The notes: a model not told the origin generated them from the letters alone. Shown: positions 1 through 10,872, counted from the first letter of the stretch. The stretch is DNA of 62,255 nucleotides from an uncultured Mycoplasmatota bacterium (GCA_948465965.1 CAOJYR010000006.1:1-62255); one strand, 5' to 3'. Numbers and translations are program-made.

Positions 1-1
1 C

Positions 2-976
2 ACAGTAACGTATAGTAGTGGAGCTATCGTTTCTGAAAAACAATTACTAGCAGCAGACAAAAAGGAAACAATAAAGGTGCGAGTAGAGTTTAAGAAAGAT
101 TTAATAGCAGCAGACCTGCCTCAAGTAGAAACAGCACTAAATTTAACATTTAGCATAAATTATATCCAAGCAGATGACTCTGCAGTAGCAATAACTCATC
201 CAGTATGTAAACGTGCAACGACACTACATACAGAAGTATGTAATCAAATAAAAAATGGATCAGGGATTGTAGGGGGCTTCTGTAATGGAAGTGGCTATGC
301 AGTAGGGGATACCATAACCTATGGTAACTTAGGAACAACTGGAACATTAGCAAGTGGAGATGCCTTTGACTGTGATGTGAATGGTGATGGAATATATGAT
401 CCTCTAACAGAAAGATTTTATTATGTAAGTGACTTAGATACTGATAATAGTTATGCTGTATTAATTTACTATAATGGTGTATCAGAAGGAGTAGCTAATA
501 ATACAACTGCTTCCGCATATAATACAGATTCATCTGGTGATTTAGGACCACAAACGGCTATGTTACAACTCCCAACGACTAAACAATGGCCTAATGTAAG
601 TTTAGCAAATACAACAAGGGATATAAAAGACGAAACGGGTACAGTAATAGTGGAGGGATTTAGTTATGCAGGCTATGCCGCAAGACTATTAACAGCACAA
701 GAAGTAAACAGTGCATGTAAAAATAATGCAGTCGGTAGTTGGAAAGCCGGAGATTTAAACGAATGTCAATATTTGCTGGAAAATACTAATTATACCAATA
801 AAAATTTAAAAAATGGTAAATGGTTGGAATCATTCAATTCTGTGAGCCCTAAACATTCTTTTATTTGGGTGACTAATGGTAGCGATCAAGCTGTATATAG
901 CGGCGCAGTTGATAGTGGTTCTGCCTATTTAATTAGTCCCGCAATTGAAGTTCCAAAATCTAAAATCTCTTATTAA
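2..976 (+). CDS. secreted/surface protein of unknown function, C-terminal part (gene starts left of the window)
   Basis: The frame is open from nt 2 with no stop before the GTG at 77, so the ORF is 5'-truncated by the window edge. The sequence is Cys-containing and Gly/Asn/Thr-rich, which looks extracellular. No family recognised. Confidence 0.55.
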   Translation, partial: TVTYSSGAIVSEKQLLAADKKETIKVRVEFKKDLIAADLPQVETALNLTFSINYIQADDSAVAITHPVCKRATTLHTEVCNQIKNGSGIVGGFCNGSGYAVGDTITYGNLGTTGTLASGDAFDCDVNGDGIYDPLTERFYYVSDLDTDNSYAVLIYYNGVSEGVANNTTASAYNTDSSGDLGPQTAMLQLPTTKQWPNVSLANTTRDIKDETGTVIVEGFSYAGYAARLLTAQEVNSACKNNAVGSWKAGDLNECQYLLENTNYTNKNLKNGKWLESFNSVSPKHSFIWVTNGSDQAVYSGAVDSGSAYLISPAIEVPKSKISY

Positions 977-1089
977 ATCTATAATATAAATAGAAAAATA
1001 TAATAAAATTAAATAAAACAAACAATTTTTATTTAATTTTTTTTATTATTTGATATAATGAAATAGAAGTCAAAGGATGTGAGTCTAAG

Positions 1090-1371
1090 ATGGATTTTAG
1101 TTTTAATAGTAAAGAGGAATTGTTTAACCGTATAAAACCTGCCTTAAACGCAAAGTGTGAAGAGCTGCACAGACTGGGATATCCCTATATAAAAAAAGAA
1201 GATATCTGGAATTACTTAATTGAAGTGAAATGGATAAAATCAAAAGACCTAATGTTATCTGATATAGTGAATGATATCTTACACGTAGAAAACAAAAGAA
1301 TAGATGAATATTTAAAAGGAAAATTACAACGAACAAGAAGAACACAATACTTTGATGAAGATTTAATATAA
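1090..1371 (+). CDS. post-transcriptional regulator, ComN/YrzD-like
   Basis: 93 aa. The pattern ...LHRLGYPYIKKEDIWNYLIEVKWIKSKDLMLSDIVNDIL resembles the small ComN/YrzD family. As in Bacillus, it sits directly upstream of secDF. Confidence 0.55.
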   Translation: MDFSFNSKEELFNRIKPALNAKCEELHRLGYPYIKKEDIWNYLIEVKWIKSKDLMLSDIVNDILHVENKRIDEYLKGKLQRTRRTQYFDEDLI

Positions 1372-1384
1372 TAGAGGTGATCAT

Positions 1385-3673
1385 ATGAAAAAGATAGTAG
1401 AATCTAAAAAAAATACAAAAAGAAAAGTAATTACAACTTCAGCTATATTAATATTAATAGTTGTAGGTGTTTGTTTTTCTTTTATTCCACTTTTTAAGAA
1501 TTTAAAGTTTGGACTTGATTTACAAGGTGGATTTGAAATTTTATATAAGGCAGAATCTATTGATGGTTCTAAAATGACTAGTGACAAACTGACCGCCACA
1601 TATAAAACGTTAAGCAAAAGAATTGATAGCTTAGGAGTAAGCGAGCCAGAAATAGTTATTGAAGGTAACGACAAGATACGTGTAAAATTAGCAGGAGTCA
1701 AAGACCCAGACGAAGCGCGTAAACAACTATCCACTGTTGCAACCTTATCATTCAGGGACACAGAAGACAACCTACTTATGACAAGTGATGTCTTAACAGC
1801 AGGTGGAGCAAAGATTTCTCAAGATTCATCAGGAAACCCTGCAGTGCTTTTATCAGTGAAAGATAAAGATGAATTTTATAAGGTAACAAATAAGGTTAAA
1901 GATTATGAGAAAAATATGCTAGTAATTTGGCTAGATTTTGAAGATTTGAAAGATAGTTACCAAAATGAAGCCAGTAGTTGTGGTAGCAGCGGCTCAAATT
2001 GTTTAAGTGCTGCAACTGTATCGCAAGGGTTTGCAAGTGATGTCATTATTCAAGGTAATTTTACAAGTGATGAAGTAAATAATTTAGTTGATTTAATAAA
2101 CAGTGGCTCACTTCCAAGTAGATTAACAGAAATATCATCAAAAACTGTAGGGGCATCCTTTGGGGATTCTACCCTACAAAAAACATTAATTGCTGGAATT
2201 ATTGGTGTTATACTTATTGCAATAATTTTAATAGCAGTATACCACTTTGCTGGATTTATATCAGCAGTATCGATGATGTTATATACATTCCTAGTATTTG
2301 GAATATTCTGGCTAGTGGGAGGAGTATTAACACTTCCAGGAATCGCTGCTTTAGTTTTAGGAATAGGTATGGCAGTGGATTCCAATGTTATTACATTTGC
2401 TAGAATCAAAGAGGAATTATATAAAGGAAAAAGCTTACCACTTGCCTTCAAAGAAGGAACAAAATCAAGTTTTAGTGCTATTCTTGATTCAAATGTTACA
2501 ACTCTTATTGTAGCCATCATTATGTTTATATTTGGTGAATCAAGTATTAAAGGATTTGCTACAATGTTAATAATCACCATTGCAGTAACAATGTTTACTA
2601 TGGTATTTATTACAAGAGTACTTCTAAATCTATTTGTAAAAACAAACTTTTTCAATGATAAAACAAGAGCTTTTATAAATGTTAAAAAAGAAGATATTCC
2701 AGATGTTAGTAAAAACGAAGAAGTAAAAAAGATACCATTTAAAAATGTTAATTTCTTAAAACATAGTAAGAAGTTTATAGCACTATCATTAGTAATAATA
2801 GTAGCAGGAATAGCTATTATTGGTATAAAGGGGTTAAATCTTGGAATAGATTATCAAGCAGGTAGTGATATTACGATTGAAGCCGAAAAGAATATAACAA
2901 AAAAGGCACTAAAACAAGATGTAAATAACTTAGACTTAAAGTTAAGAGATATAGAAATAGCAAACGAAGAAATGAATATAAGAGTTAATGATACACTAAC
3001 TAGCAAAGAGATTAAAGATGTAGTAGACTATTTTGAAGAGAAATATGACGCAAAAACAAATATCGGTGTTGTATCCAATATAGTAAAAAAAGAATTAACA
3101 AAAAATGCTATTCTTTCAGTATTAATAGCTATGATTGGTATTATTATCTATATGTCAATTCGATTCAAATTTAGCTATGCCATATCAGGTGTCGTTGCCT
3201 TAATACACGATGTTGCAATTATATTTGCATTGTTTGCAATCTTCCATTTAGAAATATCAACTATGTTTATAGCGGCAATTCTTGCTATCATTGGATACTC
3301 AATTAATGACACTATAGTAAGTTTTGATAGGATTAGAGAGAATCTAAATAAACAGGATAAGAAAAAATTAGACAAAGAAAAATTGACAGAAGTATGTAAC
3401 GAAAGTATAAAAGAAACCTTTACAAGAACTATCTATACATCAATAACAACACTAGTTCCAGTAATTGCATTAATATTTTTAGGATCAAAAGAAATTTTAA
3501 CATTTAATTTAGCAATGTTATTTGGACTTGTTGCTGGTACATACTCATCCATTTTCATTGCAACAGTTATGTTTAAAAAGTTAGAGTCTAAAAATATTGG
3601 AAAAAAAGAAAAACCTAAAAAGATTTATACAGATGAAGTAGATGAAAAGAAAATTAAGGGAATAAATTGCTAA
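1385..3673 (+). CDS. secDF: protein translocase subunit SecDF (fused SecD-SecF)
   Basis: 762 aa. An N-terminal TM segment is followed by GLDLQGGFE (SecD signature). There are two multi-TM blocks, and the second extracytoplasmic loop starts GIDYQAGSD (SecF-like). SD GAGGTGA lies upstream of the ATG. Confidence 0.9.
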   Translation: MKKIVESKKNTKRKVITTSAILILIVVGVCFSFIPLFKNLKFGLDLQGGFEILYKAESIDGSKMTSDKLTATYKTLSKRIDSLGVSEPEIVIEGNDKIRVKLAGVKDPDEARKQLSTVATLSFRDTEDNLLMTSDVLTAGGAKISQDSSGNPAVLLSVKDKDEFYKVTNKVKDYEKNMLVIWLDFEDLKDSYQNEASSCGSSGSNCLSAATVSQGFASDVIIQGNFTSDEVNNLVDLINSGSLPSRLTEISSKTVGASFGDSTLQKTLIAGIIGVILIAIILIAVYHFAGFISAVSMMLYTFLVFGIFWLVGGVLTLPGIAALVLGIGMAVDSNVITFARIKEELYKGKSLPLAFKEGTKSSFSAILDSNVTTLIVAIIMFIFGESSIKGFATMLIITIAVTMFTMVFITRVLLNLFVKTNFFNDKTRAFINVKKEDIPDVSKNEEVKKIPFKNVNFLKHSKKFIALSLVIIVAGIAIIGIKGLNLGIDYQAGSDITIEAEKNITKKALKQDVNNLDLKLRDIEIANEEMNIRVNDTLTSKEIKDVVDYFEEKYDAKTNIGVVSNIVKKELTKNAILSVLIAMIGIIIYMSIRFKFSYAISGVVALIHDVAIIFALFAIFHLEISTMFIAAILAIIGYSINDTIVSFDRIRENLNKQDKKKLDKEKLTEVCNESIKETFTRTIYTSITTLVPVIALIFLGSKEILTFNLAMLFGLVAGTYSSIFIATVMFKKLESKNIGKKEKPKKIYTDEVDEKKIKGINC

Positions 3674-5844
3674 TAAAGGAGATGATTCCTTTGCCAAATA
3701 AAAAAGACAATATTAACTATGAAGAAGTAAATGAAAAATTAAAAACATATATTGAAGATGAAGATCAATTGAACTTTATAAAAAAAGCATACTTATTTGC
3801 TAAAGAAAAACATGAAGGGCAATATCGTAAAAGTGGTGAGGAATATATTACTCACCCTTTAAACGTTGCCTTAATTTTAACAAGTATCTATGCTGACTAT
3901 GAAACAGTTGCCGCAGGTTTCTTGCATGATGTTTTAGAAGATTGTGATTGTACAGTTGATGAGATGACTGAAAAATTCGGAGAAAACGTAACTAAGTTAG
4001 TACAAGGTGTAACAAAGCTTAGTAAAATTCATTTTTCAACAGAAAACGAGTATTTAATAGATTATTATAAAAAGATAATTGTTGGAATGAGCGAGGATGT
4101 TCGAGTTATTATCATTAAGTTGGCCGATAGACTTCATAACATGAGAACTTTATGGGCAACACCAGAAGATCGTCAAAAAGTAAAAGCACGTGAGGCGCTA
4201 GAAATCTTAGCACCAATTGCACACCATTTAGGAATTCATAAGATAAAAAGTGAACTAGAAGATTTGTCTCTTCGCTATCTAAAACCAGACGTTTTTTATG
4301 ATATTGCTGAAAAACTAAATAAAACAAAACTAGAACGTGATAGAACTGTATATGATATGCAAAAAGAAGTAATAGATCTACTAACTGAGCACAATATTAC
4401 TCATGAAATAAAAGGACGTGCAAAGAGTATATATAGTATTTATAACAAACTTGATAAAGGGAAAAAGTTTAGTGATATATATGATTTACTAGCACTAAGA
4501 ATTTTAGTTAATACAGAACAAGAGTGCTACTTAGCACTAGGAATAATTCATTCTAAATTCAGACCACTCCCAAGGCGGTTTAAGGACTATATAGCTATGC
4601 CAAAACCCAATATGTACCAATCACTTCATACAACAGTATTTGGAATAGATGGATACCTTTTCGAAATTCAAATAAGAACCTATGATATGGATGAAGTAGC
4701 AGAAAATGGAATTGCATCACATTGGGCCTATAAAGAAAACAAAGGATCAAACACTACTGCTAATTTGCAATCAACAACTGAGCAAAAACTACAATTCTTT
4801 AAGTCAATTATTGATCTATCAAAAGATAAAATGAGCAGTGAAGAGTTTGTAAATAGTGTAAAAGATGAAGTATTAAATAATAATATTTATGTCTTTACAC
4901 CAAAAGGAGATGTTATAGAACTTCCTAAAGGAGCCACTCCAATTGATTTTGCTTATAAAGTCCATACCAAAGTAGGAGAAACTACAACTGGTGCGATTGT
5001 TAACAATAGTATTGTACCTCTTAACCATGAGTTAAAGAATAACGATATAGTAAGAATCATAACCAATAAGAACTCAACACCATCCAAAGAATGGATCAAT
5101 ATGGTTAAAGCTACACAAACTAGAAATAAGATAAAAAGTTTCTTTACCAAAAACGAAAGAGAAATATATATTGAACGAGGGAAATATAATATAGAGAAGG
5201 AGTTAAGAAAAAGAAAATTAGTATTCTCAGACTTCTTTACAGATGAAAATACCAAAAAAATCTGCCAGACAATAAAAGTTGACTCACTAGAGGATATATA
5301 TCTATCAGCTGGAAATGGTAAAAACAGTCCCAATTCTATCATTAATATTATTGATAAAATGAAAGAAGTATCAGCTCCAAAAGTAGTAAAAGTAACCTCA
5401 AAAAACATTGATGCTGACATAATTGTTAGTGGTATCGATAAAATCAAAGTAAATTTAGCAAATTGTTGTTCTCCAGTTTATGGCGATGATATAATCGGGT
5501 ATATCACAAAAGGAAATGGTATTAGCGTTCATCGTAGTAATTGTCATAATTTAACTATGTTAGAAAATAGAACACTAGAGGTCAAATGGAATAGCAATTT
5601 AAATAAACGCTATCTAACTAGTATTTTAGTTTATACAAATACAGGAAAAAATCATATGTTAGATTTGATGCAAACCATAACAATGATGAATATCAGTGTA
5701 GATGGAATTAAAACGATAAGTAAAACAGATGAGGTAATATATGAAATAAATATCTATGTCACAGGTCTTGATCAATTAAATAAATTATTATTATCTCTTG
5801 ATAAACAAGACTATATCCTAAAATCAGAAAGGTTAATGCGATGA
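3667..5844 (+). CDS. relA: bifunctional (p)ppGpp synthetase/hydrolase RelA/SpoT (Rel)
   Basis: HD hydrolase motifs (HPLNVALIL, FLHDVLED), synthetase core (YQSLHTTV) and TGS and ACT-like C-terminal regions. The start is ambiguous: TTG 3667, ATG 3682 or TTG 3691, all in frame. Confidence 0.9.
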   Translation: MLIKEMIPLPNKKDNINYEEVNEKLKTYIEDEDQLNFIKKAYLFAKEKHEGQYRKSGEEYITHPLNVALILTSIYADYETVAAGFLHDVLEDCDCTVDEMTEKFGENVTKLVQGVTKLSKIHFSTENEYLIDYYKKIIVGMSEDVRVIIIKLADRLHNMRTLWATPEDRQKVKAREALEILAPIAHHLGIHKIKSELEDLSLRYLKPDVFYDIAEKLNKTKLERDRTVYDMQKEVIDLLTEHNITHEIKGRAKSIYSIYNKLDKGKKFSDIYDLLALRILVNTEQECYLALGIIHSKFRPLPRRFKDYIAMPKPNMYQSLHTTVFGIDGYLFEIQIRTYDMDEVAENGIASHWAYKENKGSNTTANLQSTTEQKLQFFKSIIDLSKDKMSSEEFVNSVKDEVLNNNIYVFTPKGDVIELPKGATPIDFAYKVHTKVGETTTGAIVNNSIVPLNHELKNNDIVRIITNKNSTPSKEWINMVKATQTRNKIKSFFTKNEREIYIERGKYNIEKELRKRKLVFSDFFTDENTKKICQTIKVDSLEDIYLSAGNGKNSPNSIINIIDKMKEVSAPKVVKVTSKNIDADIIVSGIDKIKVNLANCCSPVYGDDIIGYITKGNGISVHRSNCHNLTMLENRTLEVKWNSNLNKRYLTSILVYTNTGKNHMLDLMQTITMMNISVDGIKTISKTDEVIYEINIYVTGLDQLNKLLLSLDKQDYILKSERLMR

Positions 5845-6275
5845 GAGTATTAGTACAAAGAAGCGAAAAGGCCTCTGTTATAGTAAACAATGAACTAGTA
5901 GCACAAATAGCAGAAGGGTTAGTAATATTGGTTGGCTTCACTGAAGGTGATAACCTAGAAACTATAAAATATTTGGCCAATAAAGTCGTAAATTTAAGAA
6001 TTTTTCCTGATGAGAAAGAAGTAATGAATAAAAGTATCTTAGATTATGGAGGAGAAATCCTTTCAGTATCTCAGTTTACTCTATATGCAGATACTAAAAA
6101 GGGCAATAGACCTAGCTATATAAAAGCATTAAAGAGCAAGAAAGCTAAGTATTTATATGATGAATTTAATAAAGAATTAGCTAAAAAAATCTCAGTAAAA
6201 ACAGGGTTGTTTGGCGCCGATATGAAGGTAAACATTTCTAATATAGGTCCCACTACAATTCTATTAGAAAGGTGA
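5841..6275 (+). CDS. dtd: D-aminoacyl-tRNA deacylase
   Basis: 144 aa. MRVLVQR...GLVILVGF...SQFTLYADTKKGNRPSY...GADMKV is typical Dtd. Its ATG overlaps the relA TGA (ATGA). Confidence 0.9.
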   Translation: MRVLVQRSEKASVIVNNELVAQIAEGLVILVGFTEGDNLETIKYLANKVVNLRIFPDEKEVMNKSILDYGGEILSVSQFTLYADTKKGNRPSYIKALKSKKAKYLYDEFNKELAKKISVKTGLFGADMKVNISNIGPTTILLER

Positions 6276-7339
6276 TAACTATGTCTAAGAACAAATTGAA
6301 TTACAAATTAATAAATATAACAGCCCTAATGCTTTTATTATATATAGGGCTATCCAATATAAACCTATGGATTGGAATCATAACAAAAATATTATCTTTA
6401 TTAGGACCATTCATAGTGGGATTTGTTTTTGCTTATGCCTTTACTCCAGTTGTCAAATTCTTAGAAAATAAAGGTATTCGTAAATGGTTGGCTGTAACCA
6501 TTGTCATTTTATCATTAGTCTTAATCGTTGGAGGACTTTTAGCAGTAGCTCTACCAATGTTCTATGAACAGGCAAGTCTATTTGCTAAATTTATTCTAGA
6601 AATATTAGAAAATTTTGGAGATAAATTTCATTTAAATTTAGGAAATTTTGAAATAAAAATTGCTGACTATTTAAATGAAGCAGTAAAAGATATTGGTACT
6701 ATGGCATCATCTACGACACTAGACGTTCTGTCCAAGTCATTTAATTTTATAGGAAAATTTATTGTAGGATTTGTAGGATTTATTTACTTTTTAGCAGATA
6801 TGGATAAAATAAGAGAAAGTTTTAAAGAAATCTTGTTATCAATAAACAAAAAAATATATAATTACATGAAGTGTTTAGACCAAGAAATAGGTAATTACTT
6901 AAAAGGTTTAGGAATATTTATGATCATTCAACTATTTGAATACAGTATCTTGTTTTTTATAGTAGGACATCCTAACTGGTTAATTTTAGGAATACTTGCA
7001 TGCCTTACAACAGTAATTCCATATTTTGGAGGACTTGCTACTAATGTTTTAGCAATCATAACAGCATCTCTTATTTCAACAAAATTATTTATCGCAACCA
7101 TTATTATTTGTCTTATTTTCCCACAACTTGATGGTTATTTAATTTCACCAAAAGTGTATGGTAAAACAAATAATGTAAATCCACTAATAACTATAATGGC
7201 AGTAAGCATAGGCGGGACATTAATGGGAATGATAGGAATCATCGCAGCCCTCCCATGTTATCTGCTTTTAAGAACAACATATCAATTTTTTAAAAAAGAT
7301 TTGAAAAAGAGTATGAAACTTGTAAAAAAAAGCATTTAA
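6272..7339 (+). CDS. AI-2E family transporter (PerM/UPF0118-like permease)
   Basis: Polytopic membrane protein whose C-terminal half (IPYFGG..., multiple TM segments) is typical of the family. The likely true start is ATG 6281, downstream of AAAGGTGA. Confidence 0.65.
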   Translation: MITMSKNKLNYKLINITALMLLLYIGLSNINLWIGIITKILSLLGPFIVGFVFAYAFTPVVKFLENKGIRKWLAVTIVILSLVLIVGGLLAVALPMFYEQASLFAKFILEILENFGDKFHLNLGNFEIKIADYLNEAVKDIGTMASSTTLDVLSKSFNFIGKFIVGFVGFIYFLADMDKIRESFKEILLSINKKIYNYMKCLDQEIGNYLKGLGIFMIIQLFEYSILFFIVGHPNWLILGILACLTTVIPYFGGLATNVLAIITASLISTKLFIATIIICLIFPQLDGYLISPKVYGKTNNVNPLITIMAVSIGGTLMGMIGIIAALPCYLLLRTTYQFFKKDLKKSMKLVKKSI

Positions 7340-7365
7340 CTAGATAGAAATATCTAGTTTTATAG
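7340..7365 (+). terminator. hairpin terminator after the permease gene
   Basis: CTAGATA-gaaa-TATCTAG stem followed by TTTTA. Confidence 0.5.
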
Positions 7366-7401
7366 TATAATATTTATAATTTATTTAAGGGGGTATAATA
7401 T

Positions 7402-8523
7402 ATGGAGATATTCTCAACAGATACTACTATTTTCCATAAAGAAATTAAAGAATTATTATATATACTAGAGCATGAAAAAACAATGGAGAAAATTGCCGCA
7501 TTATCTTCGATGGAAGCCATGTTACTATTAGGAACACAATTAGATGAAACGATCCTAAATTTCGATAAAAAAGTTTTTGGTAATCGAGCTTTAATGGAGA
7601 AATATCAACAATATATGAACGCAAATTATAAAAAATTCATTAATAACTTCTATGAAAATAAAGAATTTCATCAAGCATATCTATGTGAAATATTAAAAAT
7701 AATTGGTGAGGATTTACAAGAATTAGGTGAAGAGTATAGAACTTATAATACAACATATCTTAAAGAAGACGAATGTATAGATATTATAACCTCATATTTA
7801 AAAAGCATTAAAAAAGAAAACCTATTCTATGAAATGATAGAAGAAAAAAGAATCTTTGAGCTAAAGAGAAATCTTGATGGATATAATGGAGAGACAGTAA
7901 CTATAATTAATAATGGTGATAGTTTTATTTTCCTAAAAGGATTTGATAAAACCATTTTCTCCTTAACCACATTAAGTCATGAGCTAGGACATATAGATGA
8001 TTTTAAAACTATCTATCAAAAGTATGGGATTAAAGATTCTCACAACCTGAATTTGCTTTCAATCTATAATGAGACTATATCTAAAAAATATGAGAAAGAT
8101 TTTTTGTACTACCTTGTAGACAATAATATTTATAAAGAAGAAGCTATAGATATATTAATAAATCTTTATTGGAATGATTATGATGTAATATTATCAACCT
8201 ATATTCTGTCATACCTCCCAAAACGATTATTAGAAAGAGATAAATACCAACATCTAACAGCAGAAGAGATAACCAAATATCTACCAGAAGGCCAAAAAGA
8301 AATTGGGGAATATGTAGATAGTCTAAATTCAACACTACAAGATGATATCAACTATGCATATGGTGCGATCATAAGTGAATATTTGGATTCAAATAATAAA
8401 GATACCCTATATAGCGGATATCGTCACAAATTATTTAATCCAAATTTTATAGTAGAAAATAAATTGTTACCCGAAGACTTTAGTAAAATCTATCAAAAAA
8501 AGCTAAATAAGCTAAAAATTTGA
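7402..8523 (+). CDS. putative gluzincin metallopeptidase (HExxH, M3-like C-terminal core)
   Basis: HELGH, followed about 25 aa later by SIYNET. This mirrors the HExxH...E arrangement of the pepF in this window. SD AGGGGG upstream. Distant paralog of the ORF at 23893. Confidence 0.45.
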   Translation: MEIFSTDTTIFHKEIKELLYILEHEKTMEKIAALSSMEAMLLLGTQLDETILNFDKKVFGNRALMEKYQQYMNANYKKFINNFYENKEFHQAYLCEILKIIGEDLQELGEEYRTYNTTYLKEDECIDIITSYLKSIKKENLFYEMIEEKRIFELKRNLDGYNGETVTIINNGDSFIFLKGFDKTIFSLTTLSHELGHIDDFKTIYQKYGIKDSHNLNLLSIYNETISKKYEKDFLYYLVDNNIYKEEAIDILINLYWNDYDVILSTYILSYLPKRLLERDKYQHLTAEEITKYLPEGQKEIGEYVDSLNSTLQDDINYAYGAIISEYLDSNNKDTLYSGYRHKLFNPNFIVENKLLPEDFSKIYQKKLNKLKI

Positions 8524-8570
8524 ATAATTTCTAATTTATTGTTATTATATTATGGTAGAGAATAATAGAG

Positions 8571-10313
8571 GTGATAAAAGTGAAAACATTTATGAATAGA
8601 ATTTTCAAAAAAAAGCCCAAATGGTTAGAATATTGGCCAAAAGAGTCAAGAAATGGAGTTAAAACACCAGACATGACAATGTATGAATATCTAAAATCAA
8701 AGGCGAAAGATAGCCCAAATATGAATTGTATAGCATATTTTGATAAGCATATCACTTATAAACAGTTCTTTAAAAAAGTAGATATATGTTCCAAAAGTTT
8801 ACTTAAATTTGGAGTGTGTGAAGGTGATGTAGTAACGATTTGTATGCCAAATTGCCCAGAAGCCCTAATTGCATTTTATGCTTGTAATAATATTGGCGCA
8901 ATAGCAAACATGGTGCATCCCTTATCTGGACAAGAAGAAATAAAATTATATGTAAATGAAACAAACTCCAAGATTTTGATCATGATAGATGTTTGCTACG
9001 AAAAAGTAAAAGAGATTATTAAGGAAACAAATCTATCAAAAACAGTTGTAGTATCAGCTAAAGATTCTATGCCTATTCTTTGGTCAATAGGATATCAATT
9101 TACAAAAGGATTTAGAGTTTCCAAACCCAAAAAGCACGATAATAACTACATATACTGGAATGAGTTTATAATGAAAGGAATAACTTACCAAAAAGAATAT
9201 TCTCATCACATGAAAAAAGATGATCCAGCAGTTATTTTACATAGCGGAGGAACAACTGGAATTCCTAAGGGGATTGTTTTATCTAACGCCAACTTTAACG
9301 CCTTGGAATTACAATGTGAGGTAAATATTGATAATGCAAAATCTGGAGAAAAAATAATCACAATACTTCCTATATTTCATGGATTTGGGCTAGGTGTTTG
9401 TGTACATACTGGAATGTGTATGAAAATAGAAAATATTTTAATGCCTGAGTTCGATAATAAAAGATTCACTAAAATATTAAAAGCAGCAAAGCCTTCAGTT
9501 CTTGCATGCGTACCGACCCTTTGGGAGGCAATGGTAACTAACAAAGCTTTAGAAAAAACGGATTTATCATTCCTAAAATATTGCATCAATGGAGGAGATG
9601 CTGTTGCTCCAAAAGTAGAAGACGATTTTAATAATTTTCTTCACGAACATGGTGCCAATATAAAATTAAGTAAAGGATATGGAATGACTGAATCCACCGC
9701 CGCTACTTGCTATACTTATGGAAAATCGAATAGAAAAGGAACAATTGGAGTACCAATGCCAGGAAACAACTATTCAATTTGTATTCCAAACACCGACGAA
9801 GAAGTAGAAGAAGGTGTAGAAGGAGAAATCTGTGTCAGTGGTCCAACGGTAATGCTAGGTTATTTAAATAATGAAAAAGAAACTAATCTAGTATTACGAA
9901 AACACGATGATGGAAAAGTCTATCTTCATACAGGAGATTTGGGTTATATCGCTGCGGATGGGCTAATTTATTTCACACAAAGATTAAAAAGAATGATTGT
10001 CTCTAATGGATATAACGTGTATCCTTCTAGAATTGAAGAAGTAATCGAGTCCCATGAAGATGTCTTGCAATGCTCGGTAGTTGGAGTACCTCATCCTTAT
10101 AAAGGAGAAGTTGCAAAGGCTTACATAGTCTTAAAAAGTGGTGTTTCACCAAGTATAAAATTAAAAAAGGAAATAAAAGAATTATGTTTAGAAAGTCTAG
10201 CTAAGTATTCCCAGCCAAAAGAATATGAATTCAGAAAAAGCTTACCTAAAACGCTACTAGGGAAGGTAAATTATAAAGAGTTAAGCGATGAAAATAAAAA
10301 GAGAGAGGAGTAA
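8571..10313 (+). CDS. AMP-dependent synthetase/ligase (long-chain fatty-acid-CoA ligase-like)
   Basis: AMP-binding motif HSGGTTGIPKG, plus GYGMTE and TGDLGY motifs. The true start is probably GTG 8580 after AGAGGTGA. Confidence 0.85.
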   Translation: MIKVKTFMNRIFKKKPKWLEYWPKESRNGVKTPDMTMYEYLKSKAKDSPNMNCIAYFDKHITYKQFFKKVDICSKSLLKFGVCEGDVVTICMPNCPEALIAFYACNNIGAIANMVHPLSGQEEIKLYVNETNSKILIMIDVCYEKVKEIIKETNLSKTVVVSAKDSMPILWSIGYQFTKGFRVSKPKKHDNNYIYWNEFIMKGITYQKEYSHHMKKDDPAVILHSGGTTGIPKGIVLSNANFNALELQCEVNIDNAKSGEKIITILPIFHGFGLGVCVHTGMCMKIENILMPEFDNKRFTKILKAAKPSVLACVPTLWEAMVTNKALEKTDLSFLKYCINGGDAVAPKVEDDFNNFLHEHGANIKLSKGYGMTESTAATCYTYGKSNRKGTIGVPMPGNNYSICIPNTDEEVEEGVEGEICVSGPTVMLGYLNNEKETNLVLRKHDDGKVYLHTGDLGYIAADGLIYFTQRLKRMIVSNGYNVYPSRIEEVIESHEDVLQCSVVGVPHPYKGEVAKAYIVLKSGVSPSIKLKKEIKELCLESLAKYSQPKEYEFRKSLPKTLLGKVNYKELSDENKKREE

Positions 10314-10323
10314 TAAATAGAGT

Positions 10324-10872
10324 ATGGATAAAAGATATAAAATGATAGACTATATTATGATTACCATTCTATTATTGTTAACACTAACCTGGGCCATATT
10401 TAATTATCAAAGCAGCCGCTTAGTAACTTATTTTGCAGTAATACCACTAGTAATAATACCTTTTATTTTTGATAAAATAATCTATGAAACAACAGAAAAA
10501 GAAAAAATTATTTATTATATCTTTATCTTCTTTGCTTATTTTTTAGGATGTGTTGTAAATTTATATAATAAAACAGAATACTATGATTTAATTATGCATG
10601 GAATATCAGGAATATATACCTGCATAATGGCATTCATAATGTATGATAAATTCAAAATAAAAAACAGCCCACTAGTAAAATTTATATTCTGTTTTGGCTT
10701 TGTCTTTTTAGTAGCAGGGCTATGGGAAATCGGTGAATTCAGTAGTGATTATTTATTTCATACAAATTTACAACATAGTATTGAAACAGGCGTAGTTGAC
10801 ACAATGAGTGATATGATTAGCGCTACAATAGGGGCTATCATTGTATATGTTATGGCATTAAAAATAAATTAA
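10324..10872 (+). CDS. integral membrane protein, unknown function
   Basis: 182 aa with about 5 hydrophobic helices. No family confidently recognised. Confidence 0.5.
   Translation: MDKRYKMIDYIMITILLLLTLTWAIFNYQSSRLVTYFAVIPLVIIPFIFDKIIYETTEKEKIIYYIFIFFAYFLGCVVNLYNKTEYYDLIMHGISGIYTCIMAFIMYDKFKIKNSPLVKFIFCFGFVFLVAGLWEIGEFSSDYLFHTNLQHSIETGVVDTMSDMISATIGAIIVYVMALKIN

Noticed and set aside
2050-2655. Minus-strand ORFs in the track. This one, plus for example 150-353, 1124-1384, 1381-1770, 4953-5447, 13560-13880, 22478-22774, 28866-29219, 31023-31463, 36847-37410, 42166-42636, 44446-44784, 45118-45432, 45517-45822, 52206-52679, 53298-53781 and 56894-57202.
   Set aside because: All lie antisense inside plus-strand genes with strong motif support. 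They have no SD, and their translations are low-complexity (Ser/Leu/Ile/Phe-rich) mirror images of AT-rich coding DNA.
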